From Octopus vulgaris (lineage: Eukaryota), in contig OX597831.1 of the NCBI GenBank assembly GCA_951406725.2, positions 39,556,001 to 39,620,000 on the forward strand: DNA of 64,000 nt, read 5' to 3'. The position numbers and the translations under genes are program-made. Positions 44,962-55,959 of the stretch are shown here, piece after piece (positions within the stretch are counted from its first letter, which is position 1; each line of letters starts with the position of its first letter). The notes beneath the pieces were generated by a model. It had not been told where the DNA came from. It searched no databases and saw only the letters and a list, made by a program, of their open reading frames with translations.

Positions 44962-44966
<5 letters not shown>
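44781..44966 (+). mobile_element. Mariner-derived MITE
   Basis: Imperfect TIRs GTTGAAAAGCTCCTGG / CCAGGAACTTTACAGC; residual CVNLRGEYVE*. Confidence 0.65.
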
Positions 44967-45009
<43 letters not shown>

Positions 45010-45257
45010 ATGTGTGCGTGTGTGTGTGTGTGTATTCGGCCATTTGATTGTGGCCATGCTGGAGCACCGCCTTTTAGTCAAACAAATCGACCCCTGGACA
45101 TATTTTTGAAAGCCTAGTACTTATTCTATCGGTCTCTTTTGCCGAACCGCTAAGTTACGGGGGACGTAAGCATACCAAAATAGGTTGTCACGTGATGGTG
45201 AAGGGACAAACACAGACACGCAAATGCACACACACACACAGACACACACACACACAC

Positions 45258-45370
<113 letters not shown>

Positions 45371-45540
45371 GACTGGCTTCTTAGTACTCAAATAATTTGA
45401 AATTCAACTCCGACATCTTTATCGAGGAGTAGTTCCACAGCGTACAAAGTGGCTATAAGAGAAAACCAGGAGAGCAAGTATCACGCAGTTTCGAGTTTCA
45501 AAAAGGTGATAGAAAGCTATGTTCCAACTACAGAGGCATC

Positions 45541-46900
45541 AGCTTGATCGATGTGGCAGCCAAAACCTTTGCAATCCTTCTTCTGAAGAGGTTCCAGGCC
45601 ATCCGTGATGTCCGTACTCGTCCTTCTCAGGACGGCTTCCGTCCCGGGAGAGGGTGCGTTGATCAAATCTTTAGTCTCTGGCGAGTCCCGGAACAGCGGT
45701 GGGAGCACCAACAACCTACCGTTCTCTGCTTCATCGATTTTGCGGCTGCCTTCGACTCGGTGGATGGAGAGGCCCTCTGGCGTATAATGCAGACAGACGG
45801 TATCCCTGTGAAGCTGCTAAACCTCATACATGGCTACTATCGTTCAACGAAGGCTCGTGTGAAGGTCTATGGCGAGGAGACAGAGTCGTTTGATGTCACT
45901 ACCGGTGTTCGACTAGGTTGTGCACTCTCGCCAACCCTATTCAATTACGCCATCGATTACATTCTTTATACTGCGCTTTGGGACTACCCAGGCGTAGAGG
46001 CTGGGAGAGGAGTCGTGGTGACGGATCTGGTCCACGCAGATAACATCGCGCTCTTGGGCTCTAACCGGGCAGATGTCCAAGATGCTCTCGAAAGGGTACA
46101 TGCAGCAGCGGCAGCTGTTGGTCTTCGGATCAATGCTGGTAAAACCAAAGTGATGACGTCTCTGGTCGCAGCAGATGACTGGCAGCCAATCGTTCTCGAA
46201 GGCGTGGAACTGGAAGATGTGGAGTTCTTAGTTTACCTGGGTTCAATAGTGGTTCCAACGGGCTAGGGCGCAGCCGAGGTCGAGCGTCACATAGGTGCCA
46301 GATCCGCATTCGTGCGCCTCCAGTGGTGCCTGTGGGACAGAAGAGAGATCTCCTCGGTGATCAAAGGGTGAATCTACCAGGCCGTCGTTCGTATTATTCT
46401 CCTCTATGGTTGTGAAACATGGCCTATGAGGGTAGTTGATCAGCGAGGGCTAGGGGTGTTCGACAATGACTGTCTCCGCCGCATTCTTCGCTGCCGACGC
46501 ATTGACCGGGTTCCTACAGCCGGTCTTTGTCATCGCCTGAATCTCCGGCCCCTCACTTCGGTGCTTCTACAACGGCGCTTAAAGTGGTTCGGTCATGCAG
46601 CCTGGCATCCGGAGGGTGAGCTGATTCGCGAAGTCCTCCTCCCACCTCCACTTCCTAAATGGCGCAAACGCACGGACGGGCAGCTGAAGACCTGGGCAAC
46701 GACGATAATGGAGGACCTCTCCGAACTCTCAGGTCCGCAGGTGGTTGGTCTGCGCAGATGGAACCGCGAATGGCTTGCTATCTCCAGTGACCTCGCACAG
46801 GACTGTCGAGCGTGGGCCGCCATGATTCGTGATGCCATCAGGACCAGAGAAGAAGCCGACTCAACCCGCCCTGGGTGAACGCCGTCACAAGTACAAGTAC
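45541..46900 (+). mobile_element. 5'-truncated, inactivated RTE LINE (SR2-like) with (CAAGTA)n tail
   Basis: GFRPGRGCVDQIF, FIDFAAAFDSV, GVRLGCALSPTLFN, HADN in place of YADD, YLGS, YGCETW, WFGH; internal stops and a frameshift. Confidence 0.92.
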
Positions 46901-46978
46901 GATGTAATAAGACTACTTAATGTAAAATACGTGTTTGGTGGATATTAGTTATTGCATTAATATATGGTTGGAAATTAA

Positions 46979-47190
46979 GGCGGCGAGCTGGCAGAAACGT
47001 TAGCGCGCCGGGTGAAATGCTTAGCGATATTTCGTGTCTTTACGTTCTGAGCTCAAATTCCGTTGTAGTCGACTTTGCTTTTCATCCTTTCGAGGTCGAT
47101 AAATTAAGTACCAGTCAAGTACTAGGGGTCGATCTAATCGACTGGCCCTCTCCTCCAAAATTTCGGGTCTTGTTCCTAGAGAAGAAAAGA
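46979..47190 (+). mobile_element. SINE family A
   Basis: Head GGCGGCGAGCTGGCAGAAACG and Nin-like block. Confidence 0.88.
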
Positions 47191-47554
47191 GTACTGGATC
47201 AGTGTAGACCACTTTGCGGATCCCTGCTATATAGGTTGTTTAATAATTCTCTAGTCTTTCCCAAACTACAACAGAAGCCTTAAACAATTTATGTAAGGTA
47301 ATGCAATAACAGTTTTCTTTTTCATTTATCGACATAATATATATTTTGCTTAAACGTCTCGCCTATATTGCTCTCAGGTCCTTTTAAAACATTTGTATCA
47401 TGTACACATTGAAAGGTTTCAAGCAAATTAATTACAGAATTCTATTTTAATATTTTCCATATTTGTGAAAGAAAACTGATAAAGTTATTAAAAGATCGTT
47501 CAGTTTCAATGAATGTATATTGAATACCTTCATTCAATGAAACTTCAACAGCTG

Positions 47555-48765
47555 TGCTTACTTTACACATTCCAAGTCTGGCAGCTCAGAGTGAATCTCG
47601 CGGAACAGTAAATGTTCGCAGACCAGTGCATCGTACAAACAACAACACCCTGCCCAGACACAATGATCTCCTCCAATTCCACCAGACAGATGTGCGTGTG
47701 AGAACTGACTGTTCCACGGGAGGAACACATGGAGGAAGCGCATGAGAGGAAGCTTGCCATATGGTGGGAGTTGATAGAGCAGCGCCGAAATCTGAGCTAA
47801 CAGGTACGTTGTAAAGCATTTAAAGCGAGCTGTTGGAGGTTTGTGAGGCGTTGATCAAATCTTTAGTCTCCGGTGGTGGGCGCACCAACAACCTACCGTT
47901 CTCTGCTTCCTCGACTGGGCTTGGAAGTTACTGGTGCCGCAAAGAAGACGGCCGTAAGTTTCATTACGGAAGCTGCTACAAAGGCCATTAGATGGTTTGG
48001 GATAAAGAAATCAGACCAGTGGTTTTCTGCTGCTAGGATGCAAGCTGGGAATTGATCAACCCCTGCTGGGTCAACTGAGCGAGAGGGCCTGATGTTATTA
48101 AACCCAGATCCTGCTGGGACCTCAAAAATCAGACCAGTGGTTTTCTGCTGCTAGGATGCAAGCTGAGAATTGATCAACCCCTGCTGGGTCAACTGAGCGA
48201 GAGGGCCTGATGTTATTAGACCCAGATCCTGCTGGGACCTCAAAAATCAGACCAGTGGTTTTCTGCTGCTAGGATGCAAGCTGGGAATTGATCAACCCCT
48301 GCTGGGTCAACTGAGCGAGAGGGCCTGATGTTATTAAACCCAGATCCTGCTGGGACCTCAAAAATCAGACCAGTGGTTTTCTGCTGCTAGGATGCAAGCT
48401 GGGAATTGATCAACCCCTGCTGGGTCAACTGAGCGAGAGAGCCTGATGTTATTAGACCCAGATCCTGCTGGGACCTCAAAAATCAGACCAGTGGTTTTCT
48501 GCTGCTAGGATGCAAGCTGGGAATTGATCAACCCCTGTTGGGTCAACTGAGCGAGAGGGCCTGATGTTATTAGACCCAGATCCTGCTGGGACCTCAAAAA
48601 TCAGACCAGTGGTTTTCTGCTGCTAGGATGCAAGCTGGGAATTGATCAACCCTTGCTGGGTCAACTGAGCGAGAGGGCCTGATGTTATTAGACCCAGATC
48701 CCGCTGGGACCTCAAAAATATCACGGATGAGGCATCCCAGAGCATCCGTGAGATGTATCTTGGAA
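47555..48765 (+). mobile_element. 3' fragment of a Hero-like (R2 group) RLE retrotransposon
   Basis: WQLRVNL..CPDTMI..ELTVPREEHMEEAHERK..EAATKAIRWFGIKK; 3' UTR ends in hairpin TCACGGATG/CATCCGTGA. Confidence 0.78.
48008..48719. repeat. Six near-identical 118-bp tandem repeats
   Basis: TCAGACCAG at 48011, 48129, 48247, 48365, 48483 and 48601. Confidence 0.97.
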
Positions 48766-49425
48766 CTTACTGCCAGGAAATTTAGATGGAAGATATGTTT
48801 TACTATAGAATAATAGGTGATACCGTCTTCAACTTCCTCTTTTTCTCTTTACTTCAAACCACCCAGTTCCATCATAGTAACTGGCTGCTGTTATACTCTA
48901 GACTTAATACTAATAATTTAATTTTATCGTTCTCATCGGACTTCATAAGTCTTAGGATAGCTTTCAAAACGGATAATAAATTTATCGAAAGTCCCTCAAG
49001 AATTATCTTTTAACATAACATGGTTGATTTCTAATGACGACAAAAGTTGATCATAGTAACTTGTGGAGTGTGAAAAATCTCAGTACTTTGTAATTTCAAA
49101 AAGTTACTATTCAACCAAAGCTGTATTTTATACTCCAGAAGTTGTCATCAAACAATATCGTTTTCATCCACATTTATGGTGAGGTACTTCTTTGACAGTC
49201 CAGTACGTACGCGAAACCAAATTCTCACAAAACAACATGAAATCTTACAACATTCTATGATATAGTTACATCATATTTAGTATGTCACTATCAGACAGGC
49301 GTGGGCAAGGCTGTGTGGTTAAGAATTTGTTTTTATTTTTGCAAACTAATCCGGGGCTCAGTCCCACTGCATGGTGTCTTGGGCAAGTGTCTTCTGCTAT
49401 AGTCCCGGACCGACCAATATCCCGA

Positions 49426-49485
49426 AACCTAAACCCAACTCTAAACCCATCCTTAACCTTAGTCCTGAACCCTAATCCTAACCCA
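49426..49485. repeat. Degenerate (TAACCC)-like telomeric-type repeat
   Basis: AACCTAAACCCAACTCTAAACCC...CCCTAATCCTAACCC. Confidence 0.6.
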
Positions 49486-49815
49486 GATCAAGTCATTTCC
49501 CAACTTAGACTCTGGATATAGTAGTAGACCGCATGCCAAAGTAGCACTGGAAATTGATAGCGCAGGGCTACTAACCCTACGCTCACATCCGCCTTCCTTT
49601 CTCAACAAGGTTAAAGGACCGGCCATGGCGAATCATTATCGTCGCCATCATCGTCAACACCGAAAGGTAAAGTCGACCTCGGTGGTATTTGAACTCGGAG
49701 CCCAGAAGAAAACCGGAACATATATCGCACTGCATTTCGACCCCGTTCTAACGATACTGCCAAATTGATCGACAGAATGCGAGTGCGTGCATGTGCATGC
49801 ATGCATGTGTGTGTG

Positions 49816-50112
49816 TGTGGAGGCACATGGCCTAGTGGTTAGAGCAGCGGACTCGCGGTCGAGAGATCGCGGGTTCGAATCTCAGACCGGGCGATGTGTT
49901 GTGTTTATGAGCGAAACGCCTAAGCGCAACGCGGCTCCGGCAGAAGGTAATGGCGAACGTCTGCTGACTCTTTCGTCTCAACTTTCTCTCACTCTTTCCT
50001 CCTGCATCTTGCAGCTCACCTGCGACAGACCGGCGTCCTGTCCAGTGGGGGAAACTATACGCAAAGAAAACCGGGAACCCGGCCATTAGGAGCCAGGTAT
50101 GGCTCGAGAAGG
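49816..50112 (+). mobile_element. SINE with family B head and a different 3' tail
   Basis: TGGCCTAGTGG / GGTTCGAATC head; tail CCTGCGACAGACCGGCGTCCTGTCCAG... Confidence 0.8.
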
Positions 50113-50286
50113 AAAAGAAAAAAGAGAAGATATACATACATACATATATATATATACATATATATCATTTAGAGATAGTAGTCCCCTTCATCCCACCATA
50201 TAAAAGAATTTTAATTTAATTTAATACTACACATATCTCGGTTACACGCGTTTCTTGAGGTGTTCCAGCATGGCCGTATATATATA

Positions 50287-50473
50287 CTCTTTTACTCTCT
50301 TTTACTTGTTTCAGTCCTTTGACAGCGGCCATGCTGGAGCACCGCCTTTAGTCGAGCAAATCGACCCCGGGACTTATTCTTTGTAAGCCTAGTACTTTTT
50401 CTATCGGTCTCTTTTTCTATTCGGTTATTAAGCGATGGTGTGGGGGACAAATACAGACAAATGAATACATATT

Positions 50474-50504
<31 letters not shown>

Positions 50505-50528
50505 CATATGTTATTATATATATTTTTA

Positions 50529-50563
<35 letters not shown>

Positions 50564-50792
50564 TCTCTTTTACTCTTTTACTTGTTTCAGTCATTTGACT
50601 GCGGACATGCTGGAGCACCGCCTTTAGTGAGCAAGTCGACCCCAGGACTTCGTCTGTGTATAGGCTTCTTTGGAAGCCTAGTACTTATTCTATCGTTCTC
50701 TTTTGCCGAACCGCTAATTTACGGGGACGTAAATACACCACCATCGGTTGTCAAGCGATATTGGGGAGGGACAAATACTGACAAACATATAA

Positions 50793-50837
<45 letters not shown>

Positions 50838-51396
50838 CGCAGGAGTGGCTGTGTGGTAAGTAGCTTGCTTACCAACCACATGGTTCCGGGTTCAGTCCCA
50901 CTGCGTGGCACCTTGGGCAAGTGTCTTCTACTATAGCCTCGGGCCGACCAAAGACTTGTGAGTGGATTTGGTAGACGGAAACTGAAAGAAGCCCGTCGTA
51001 TATATGTATATATATATATATGTGTGTGTGTGTGTATGTTTGTGTGTCTGTATTTGTCCCCCTAGCATTGCTTGACACCGATGCTGGTGTGTTTACGTCG
51101 ACGTCACTTAGCGATAGAATAAGTACTGGGCTTACAAAGAATAAGTCCCGAGGTCGATTTGTTCGACTAAAGGCGGTGCTCCAGCATGGCCGCAGTCAAA
51201 TGACTGAAACAAGTAAAAGAGTAAAAGAGTATATATACATATTTACGACGGGCTTCTTTCAGTTTCCACTCACAAGGCTTTGGTCGGACCGAGGCTATAG
51301 TAGAAGACACTTGCCCAAGGTGCCACGCAGTGTGACCGAACCCGGAACCATGTGGTTGGTAAACAAGCTACTTACCACACAGCCACTCCTGCGCCT
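50287..51396. mobile_element. Cluster of SINE family C (CORE-like tRNA SINE); near-full copy 50836-51230 (+), others minus
   Basis: A box TGGCTGTGTGG, B box GGTTCAGTCCC, CORE-like CCTTGGGCAAGT, internal TA/TG microsatellite, (GTAAAAGA)n tail. Confidence 0.9.
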
Positions 51397-51826
51397 ATAT
51401 ACATGACACACACACACACACGCACACGCACGTTTTCAAAGGCATGTATACGTCTATGTATCAGCACACAGCGTAGAATTACCGGTGTTGTGGTGAAAAT
51501 CGATTGAGAAAAACCATCGAACAATGAATAATAGTTGACAAATCATGGCAACAGTCCTCTACCACCAACGTGTGTGCTTGTGTGTGTGTGCGTGTGTATG
51601 CTTGTGTGTGCTCGTCTGTGTGTGTGTGCGTGTGTGTGTACACATACGCTTATACGCATACAGACACACACACACACATCATCTCTATCGATTTAGCTCT
51701 ACATTCTCTCCTTATCTACTTATCCATCTATAAACTGTCACCCTCTCTTTATATATATACATTCTCGCTTGCCCTATCAGCCCATATATCCACACGCACA
51801 CACGCATGCACGCACACACGCATTCA

Positions 51827-51863
<37 letters not shown>

Positions 51864-51931
51864 ACTCACTTCCATCCATACACACACGCGCGCGCGCACA
51901 CACGCATGATTTCCGTATATTGTTATATACA

Positions 51932-52002
<71 letters not shown>

Positions 52003-52087
52003 TGTGTATGTACTTTTATATATGAGTGTGTGTGTGGATATATATATATACATATATATATATGTGTGTGTGTGTGTGTGTATACAG

Positions 52088-52118
<31 letters not shown>

Positions 52119-52303
52119 CATATACACATATGTATATATATATACATATACACATATATATACATATATATATACATATACATATATACATATACATATA
52201 TATATACATATACATATATACATATATATATACATATATATACATATATATATACATATACATATACATATATACATATACATATATATATAAATATATA
52301 CAT

Positions 52304-52362
<59 letters not shown>

Positions 52363-52392
52363 TATATACATATATATATACAGATATACATA

Positions 52393-52464
<72 letters not shown>

Positions 52465-52854
52465 TATCTTCTATATATATAAAACTGAGAATGTGTGTTT
52501 GCCTGTCTGTCTGTGTGAATCCCTAAAACTTGAGAACTACACAACCAATTTCATTCAAATGTTACACATGACTTACTTAGGGTCCATGTAGTGTCATGGG
52601 CAAAAAAAGTGTTTAACTTCTTGCCTAGGGCGAGCCCACAGCAATATCACATCTTCTCCACTATTTCAGTATTACTTGTTAAAAGTGAAACAATATATAT
52701 ATATATATATATGGATGTGTATATATATATATACATGTATATGTATATATAGATATATATATGATTGATTGATTGATTGATTGATTCTAGTTTCAGCTTA
52801 TGAGCTGTGGCCATGCTGGGGCACCGCCATTTGGTGTTGCTACTTGGTTTCACT

Positions 52855-55800
52855 TCATGGAGGCTTTCTAGCAACTGCTATTTGGTGCATGAGAGAGTTC
52901 GATGCAGCTGCCCTCATCTGCCCCTCCTGCCGTGAAGTTGGTTCATCTGGGACACCTGACAGGAAGAGATCCAGCTTCATTTTAAAGACATCTGTATCCA
53001 CCCCATGCAGGTCTCTCAGGTTCTTTGGGAGGATATTGAAGAGCTGTGGGCCTCGGAAGCCCAGGCTATCACAGAATCTTGTCCTACATCTTGATGGCAG
53101 GTTTGGAGTCCTAGGCACCACGCAGTGGCGCCCAGTTCTGGCATTTGCGTAACTCTCGATGCCAAAGTTCAGGACACTTCCCTCCAGGATCTTCCAGATG
53201 TATATTATGGCATATCTTTCCCGCCTACGCTCCAGGGAATATAATTTTAATCTCTTGAGTCTTTCCCAGTAGCTTACATTCTGCATAGAGGCTATCTTCT
53301 TCGTGTAGCTTCGTTGGATCGCCTCAAGTTCTGTGATCAACTTGACACTGGATGGTGACCATAGCTGAGAGCAATAGTCAAAGTGGCTTAGGACAAGTGT
53401 CTTCCAGAGGACCATCATGGTTTCTTGTTCTCTTGTTCTAAAGGTTCTAAGAATCCATCCAGCCAGCCGTCTACATTTCATTGTCAGTTTAGCAACATGT
53501 ACATGAAAGGTCGCGTCATCACTCATGTGAATACCAAGGTCACGCACTGATTGTGCCTCTGGGATTGCAATCCCTCCGGGTCCAGTGTATTCATTGGGTA
53601 TTGCATTCAGTTTTGCATGCTGATAGTATAAAGCTTGAAACTTTCCAGCATTGAACTGCATGCTATTCTTTTCAGCCCACTTGTATATTTCGTCCAGCTC
53701 ACATTGCAGGTGTTTAGTGTCCTCAGGGTTCTGTATTGCCTGTGAGACTTTTGTATCATCTGCATAACTTGTGATCGTGGCTCTCTGCGTGGCTGAGGGC
53801 ATGTCTGAGAGGGCCATTATGAACAGTAGTGGTCCCAGAACAGTGCCCTGCGGAACACCGCTCACTATTTGTGTGTTAATGGAGGTGGCCCCATTGGCTA
53901 CTACCACCTGACTTCTATCCTTCAGAAAGTCATGAAGCCATTCTCCCAGTTTTCCAACTATGTTGAGATCACGCAGTTTGTGACATATCATTCCATGATC
54001 GACTTTATCAAAGGCCTTTGCAAAGTCGAGATATATCACTTCCACATTTGAGTGGTTGAGCAGCCGTTTCAGCACCCAGTCATAGTGTTGTAGGAGCTGA
54101 GTTAAACAGCTTCTCCCTGGTCGGAAACCATGTTGGGTGTCGGGCAGCAAGTCATTCTCTTCAAGGAAGGTGATCAGCTTCCTTCTGACTATTCGTTCCA
54201 TGACCTTGCTGATGTGTGAGGTCAGAGAGATAGGTCTATAGTTCTTGGCTTCCGCTCTGCTACCTCCTTTATGAATGGGGCATATTTTACCTTCCTTCAG
54301 TTTTCCTGGAAGTTTGCCAGCTGCAAGGAAGCTCTGAAAGAGGAACTGCAGTGGTCTTGCTAGGACTCTCTTACATGCTTTTAGGAGGATTGCCGGGAAT
54401 CCATCGGGGCCAGTAGCTGAGTCTGTTTTCATTTCATCTATAGCCTTCGTTACATCGTCTTCCTTTATATCGATGTAATCTATCGTCGCCGCCTCTGATT
54501 TTATATCTGCAGTGGTAAAAAAGTCAGTTGGATTGGTGATTTGGAGATGCCCAAGGGGTGGAGTGAAAACACTCTTGAATTGCTCATTCAGTATTTCACT
54601 TACCCTCATTGGTTTTCCTGTAAGTGTGCCATCCTTTTCAAGGAGTGGCCCTATTCTACAGTGCACTGTAGCTGTTTCTTTGGCATACCTGTAGAAAGCT
54701 CTGGGGTTAGATTTTATGTTTTCTATAGCCCAGGCTTCTTTGTCTGCTCTTTCTTTTTCATGGGAGAGCTGCAGACATTTTTCGATTTCCAACAGTTTTA
54801 TTTTTAGGCGGGACTTTTCACTGCTTTCAATCTGTTTGTTTAGGCGATTTGAAAATTTCGTACGCCGTCTCATTAAAATTTTCCTCTCTCTGGGGATTTT
54901 GTTCTTGTGTACAGTGGCCTTTCTCTCTGGGACACATTTGTAGCATATGGCTTGCATTACAGACATGAATTGTTGAAGTTTCACATCGATGTCTGGCGAG
55001 GAGAGACATTCAGGCCAGTTTTGTTTGAGGATCTCTTTCTCAATTTGTTTCCAGTTTGCCTTATGGTAGTTCAAGCTGGAAAGATTTTGAGGGTTTCTTG
55101 TAGGCTGCATGTCCGTGCTCTCTTTTGGCCCGTACATGGTCAGCTCTATCATGTTGTGATCCGAGAGTAGTGTCGGTGTCACTTTCACATTATGGATGAG
55201 ATCCATGTCATTTGTGAAGCAGAGATCCAGTGTGTTACCTGCCCTGGTTGGTTGGAGTATTACCTGCTCCATGTACAGGGTGTTGATGAGGTTCAGGAGG
55301 GACCTCGCCTGTCCTCGTTCACATCTTGTCATTCCTGGGAGAGAAAGGCCCTCGGGCCATCTGACATTGGGCAGATTGAAGTCTCCCATAAGAAGCACAC
55401 CTATGTGTTGTTCTAATGTGGTTAGAATTTCTTCTATTTTTATAAGGCAGTCTTCGAACTTGCCCACATGGTTTGGGGCATCTGGAGGGCGATATGTAGC
55501 ACACACAACTACATCAAGTTGCCTAATATGTACAATTAGTGTGTCACACACCGAGTTTGAGTATGACAAGAGGACCTGGGGTGTGAGGTCCTCACGGATG
55601 TACATAGCAACACCTCCATGACTCCTTTCTTTCCTGTCGGTCCGTAGTACAGCATACTGTGGTATGTGTAACTCCGCATCTGCTATGTCCGGTTTCAGGT
55701 GCGTTTCTGTAAGTGCTATGCATAAGGCTTGATTGCATGCAACAAAGTCTCTCAGGAACGGGATCTTTGTCCTGTTACTGAGTGTTTGCAGTCCTCTGAT

Positions 55801-55959
55801 GTTCAGTAGGAGTATCGAGGTGAGGTGTACGTTGTTGCCGGCGGTGTCCATCCTGTGTCTGTTTGCTGTGGTGGTCTGGTATATAGTGGGTAGTCCCACC
55901 TGCGGGCTTGGGTTTGATGAAGCCAGGTCAGCTGCTGTACAATCTTTTGTGCCATGCAC
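52855..55959 (-). CDS. LINE ORF2: apurinic-like endonuclease + reverse transcriptase (first in-frame ATG at 55851)
   Basis: LNIRGL, LTETHL, YRPP, GDFN, LDL, SDH (EN); YRPISLT, QHGF, LDFAKAFD, GVPQGTVLGPLLF, YADD, DLG (RT); 1034 codons without a stop. Confidence 0.95.
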   Translation of the reverse strand: MHGTKDCTAADLASSNPSPQVGLPTIYQTTTANRHRMDTAGNNVHLTSILLLNIRGLQTLSNRTKIPFLRDFVACNQALCIALTETHLKPDIADAELHIPQYAVLRTDRKERSHGGVAMYIREDLTPQVLLSYSNSVCDTLIVHIRQLDVVVCATYRPPDAPNHVGKFEDCLIKIEEILTTLEQHIGVLLMGDFNLPNVRWPEGLSLPGMTRCERGQARSLLNLINTLYMEQVILQPTRAGNTLDLCFTNDMDLIHNVKVTPTLLSDHNMIELTMYGPKESTDMQPTRNPQNLSSLNYHKANWKQIEKEILKQNWPECLSSPDIDVKLQQFMSVMQAICYKCVPERKATVHKNKIPRERKILMRRRTKFSNRLNKQIESSEKSRLKIKLLEIEKCLQLSHEKERADKEAWAIENIKSNPRAFYRYAKETATVHCRIGPLLEKDGTLTGKPMRVSEILNEQFKSVFTPPLGHLQITNPTDFFTTADIKSEAATIDYIDIKEDDVTKAIDEMKTDSATGPDGFPAILLKACKRVLARPLQFLFQSFLAAGKLPGKLKEGKICPIHKGGSRAEAKNYRPISLTSHISKVMERIVRRKLITFLEENDLLPDTQHGFRPGRSCLTQLLQHYDWVLKRLLNHSNVEVIYLDFAKAFDKVDHGMICHKLRDLNIVGKLGEWLHDFLKDRSQVVVANGATSINTQIVSGVPQGTVLGPLLFIMALSDMPSATQRATITSYADDTKVSQAIQNPEDTKHLQCELDEIYKWAEKNSMQFNAGKFQALYYQHAKLNAIPNEYTGPGGIAIPEAQSVRDLGIHMSDDATFHVHVAKLTMKCRRLAGWILRTFRTREQETMMVLWKTLVLSHFDYCSQLWSPSSVKLITELEAIQRSYTKKIASMQNVSYWERLKRLKLYSLERRRERYAIIYIWKILEGSVLNFGIESYANARTGRHCVVPRTPNLPSRCRTRFCDSLGFRGPQLFNILPKNLRDLHGVDTDVFKMKLDLFLSGVPDEPTSRQEGQMRAAASNSLMHQIAVARKPP

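Noticed and set aside
48008-48719. CRISPR-like array or retrozyme
   Set aside because: Units are contiguous with no unique spacers and no cas genes are present; CTGATGT lacks the CUGANGA core and there is no matching GAAA
49426-49485. True telomere or fusion site
   Set aside because: Short and degenerate
52720-52762. TSD of the CR1-group LINE (TATATACATGTATAT on both flanks)
   Set aside because: Low-complexity context and not flush with the tail, so it cannot be distinguished from chance
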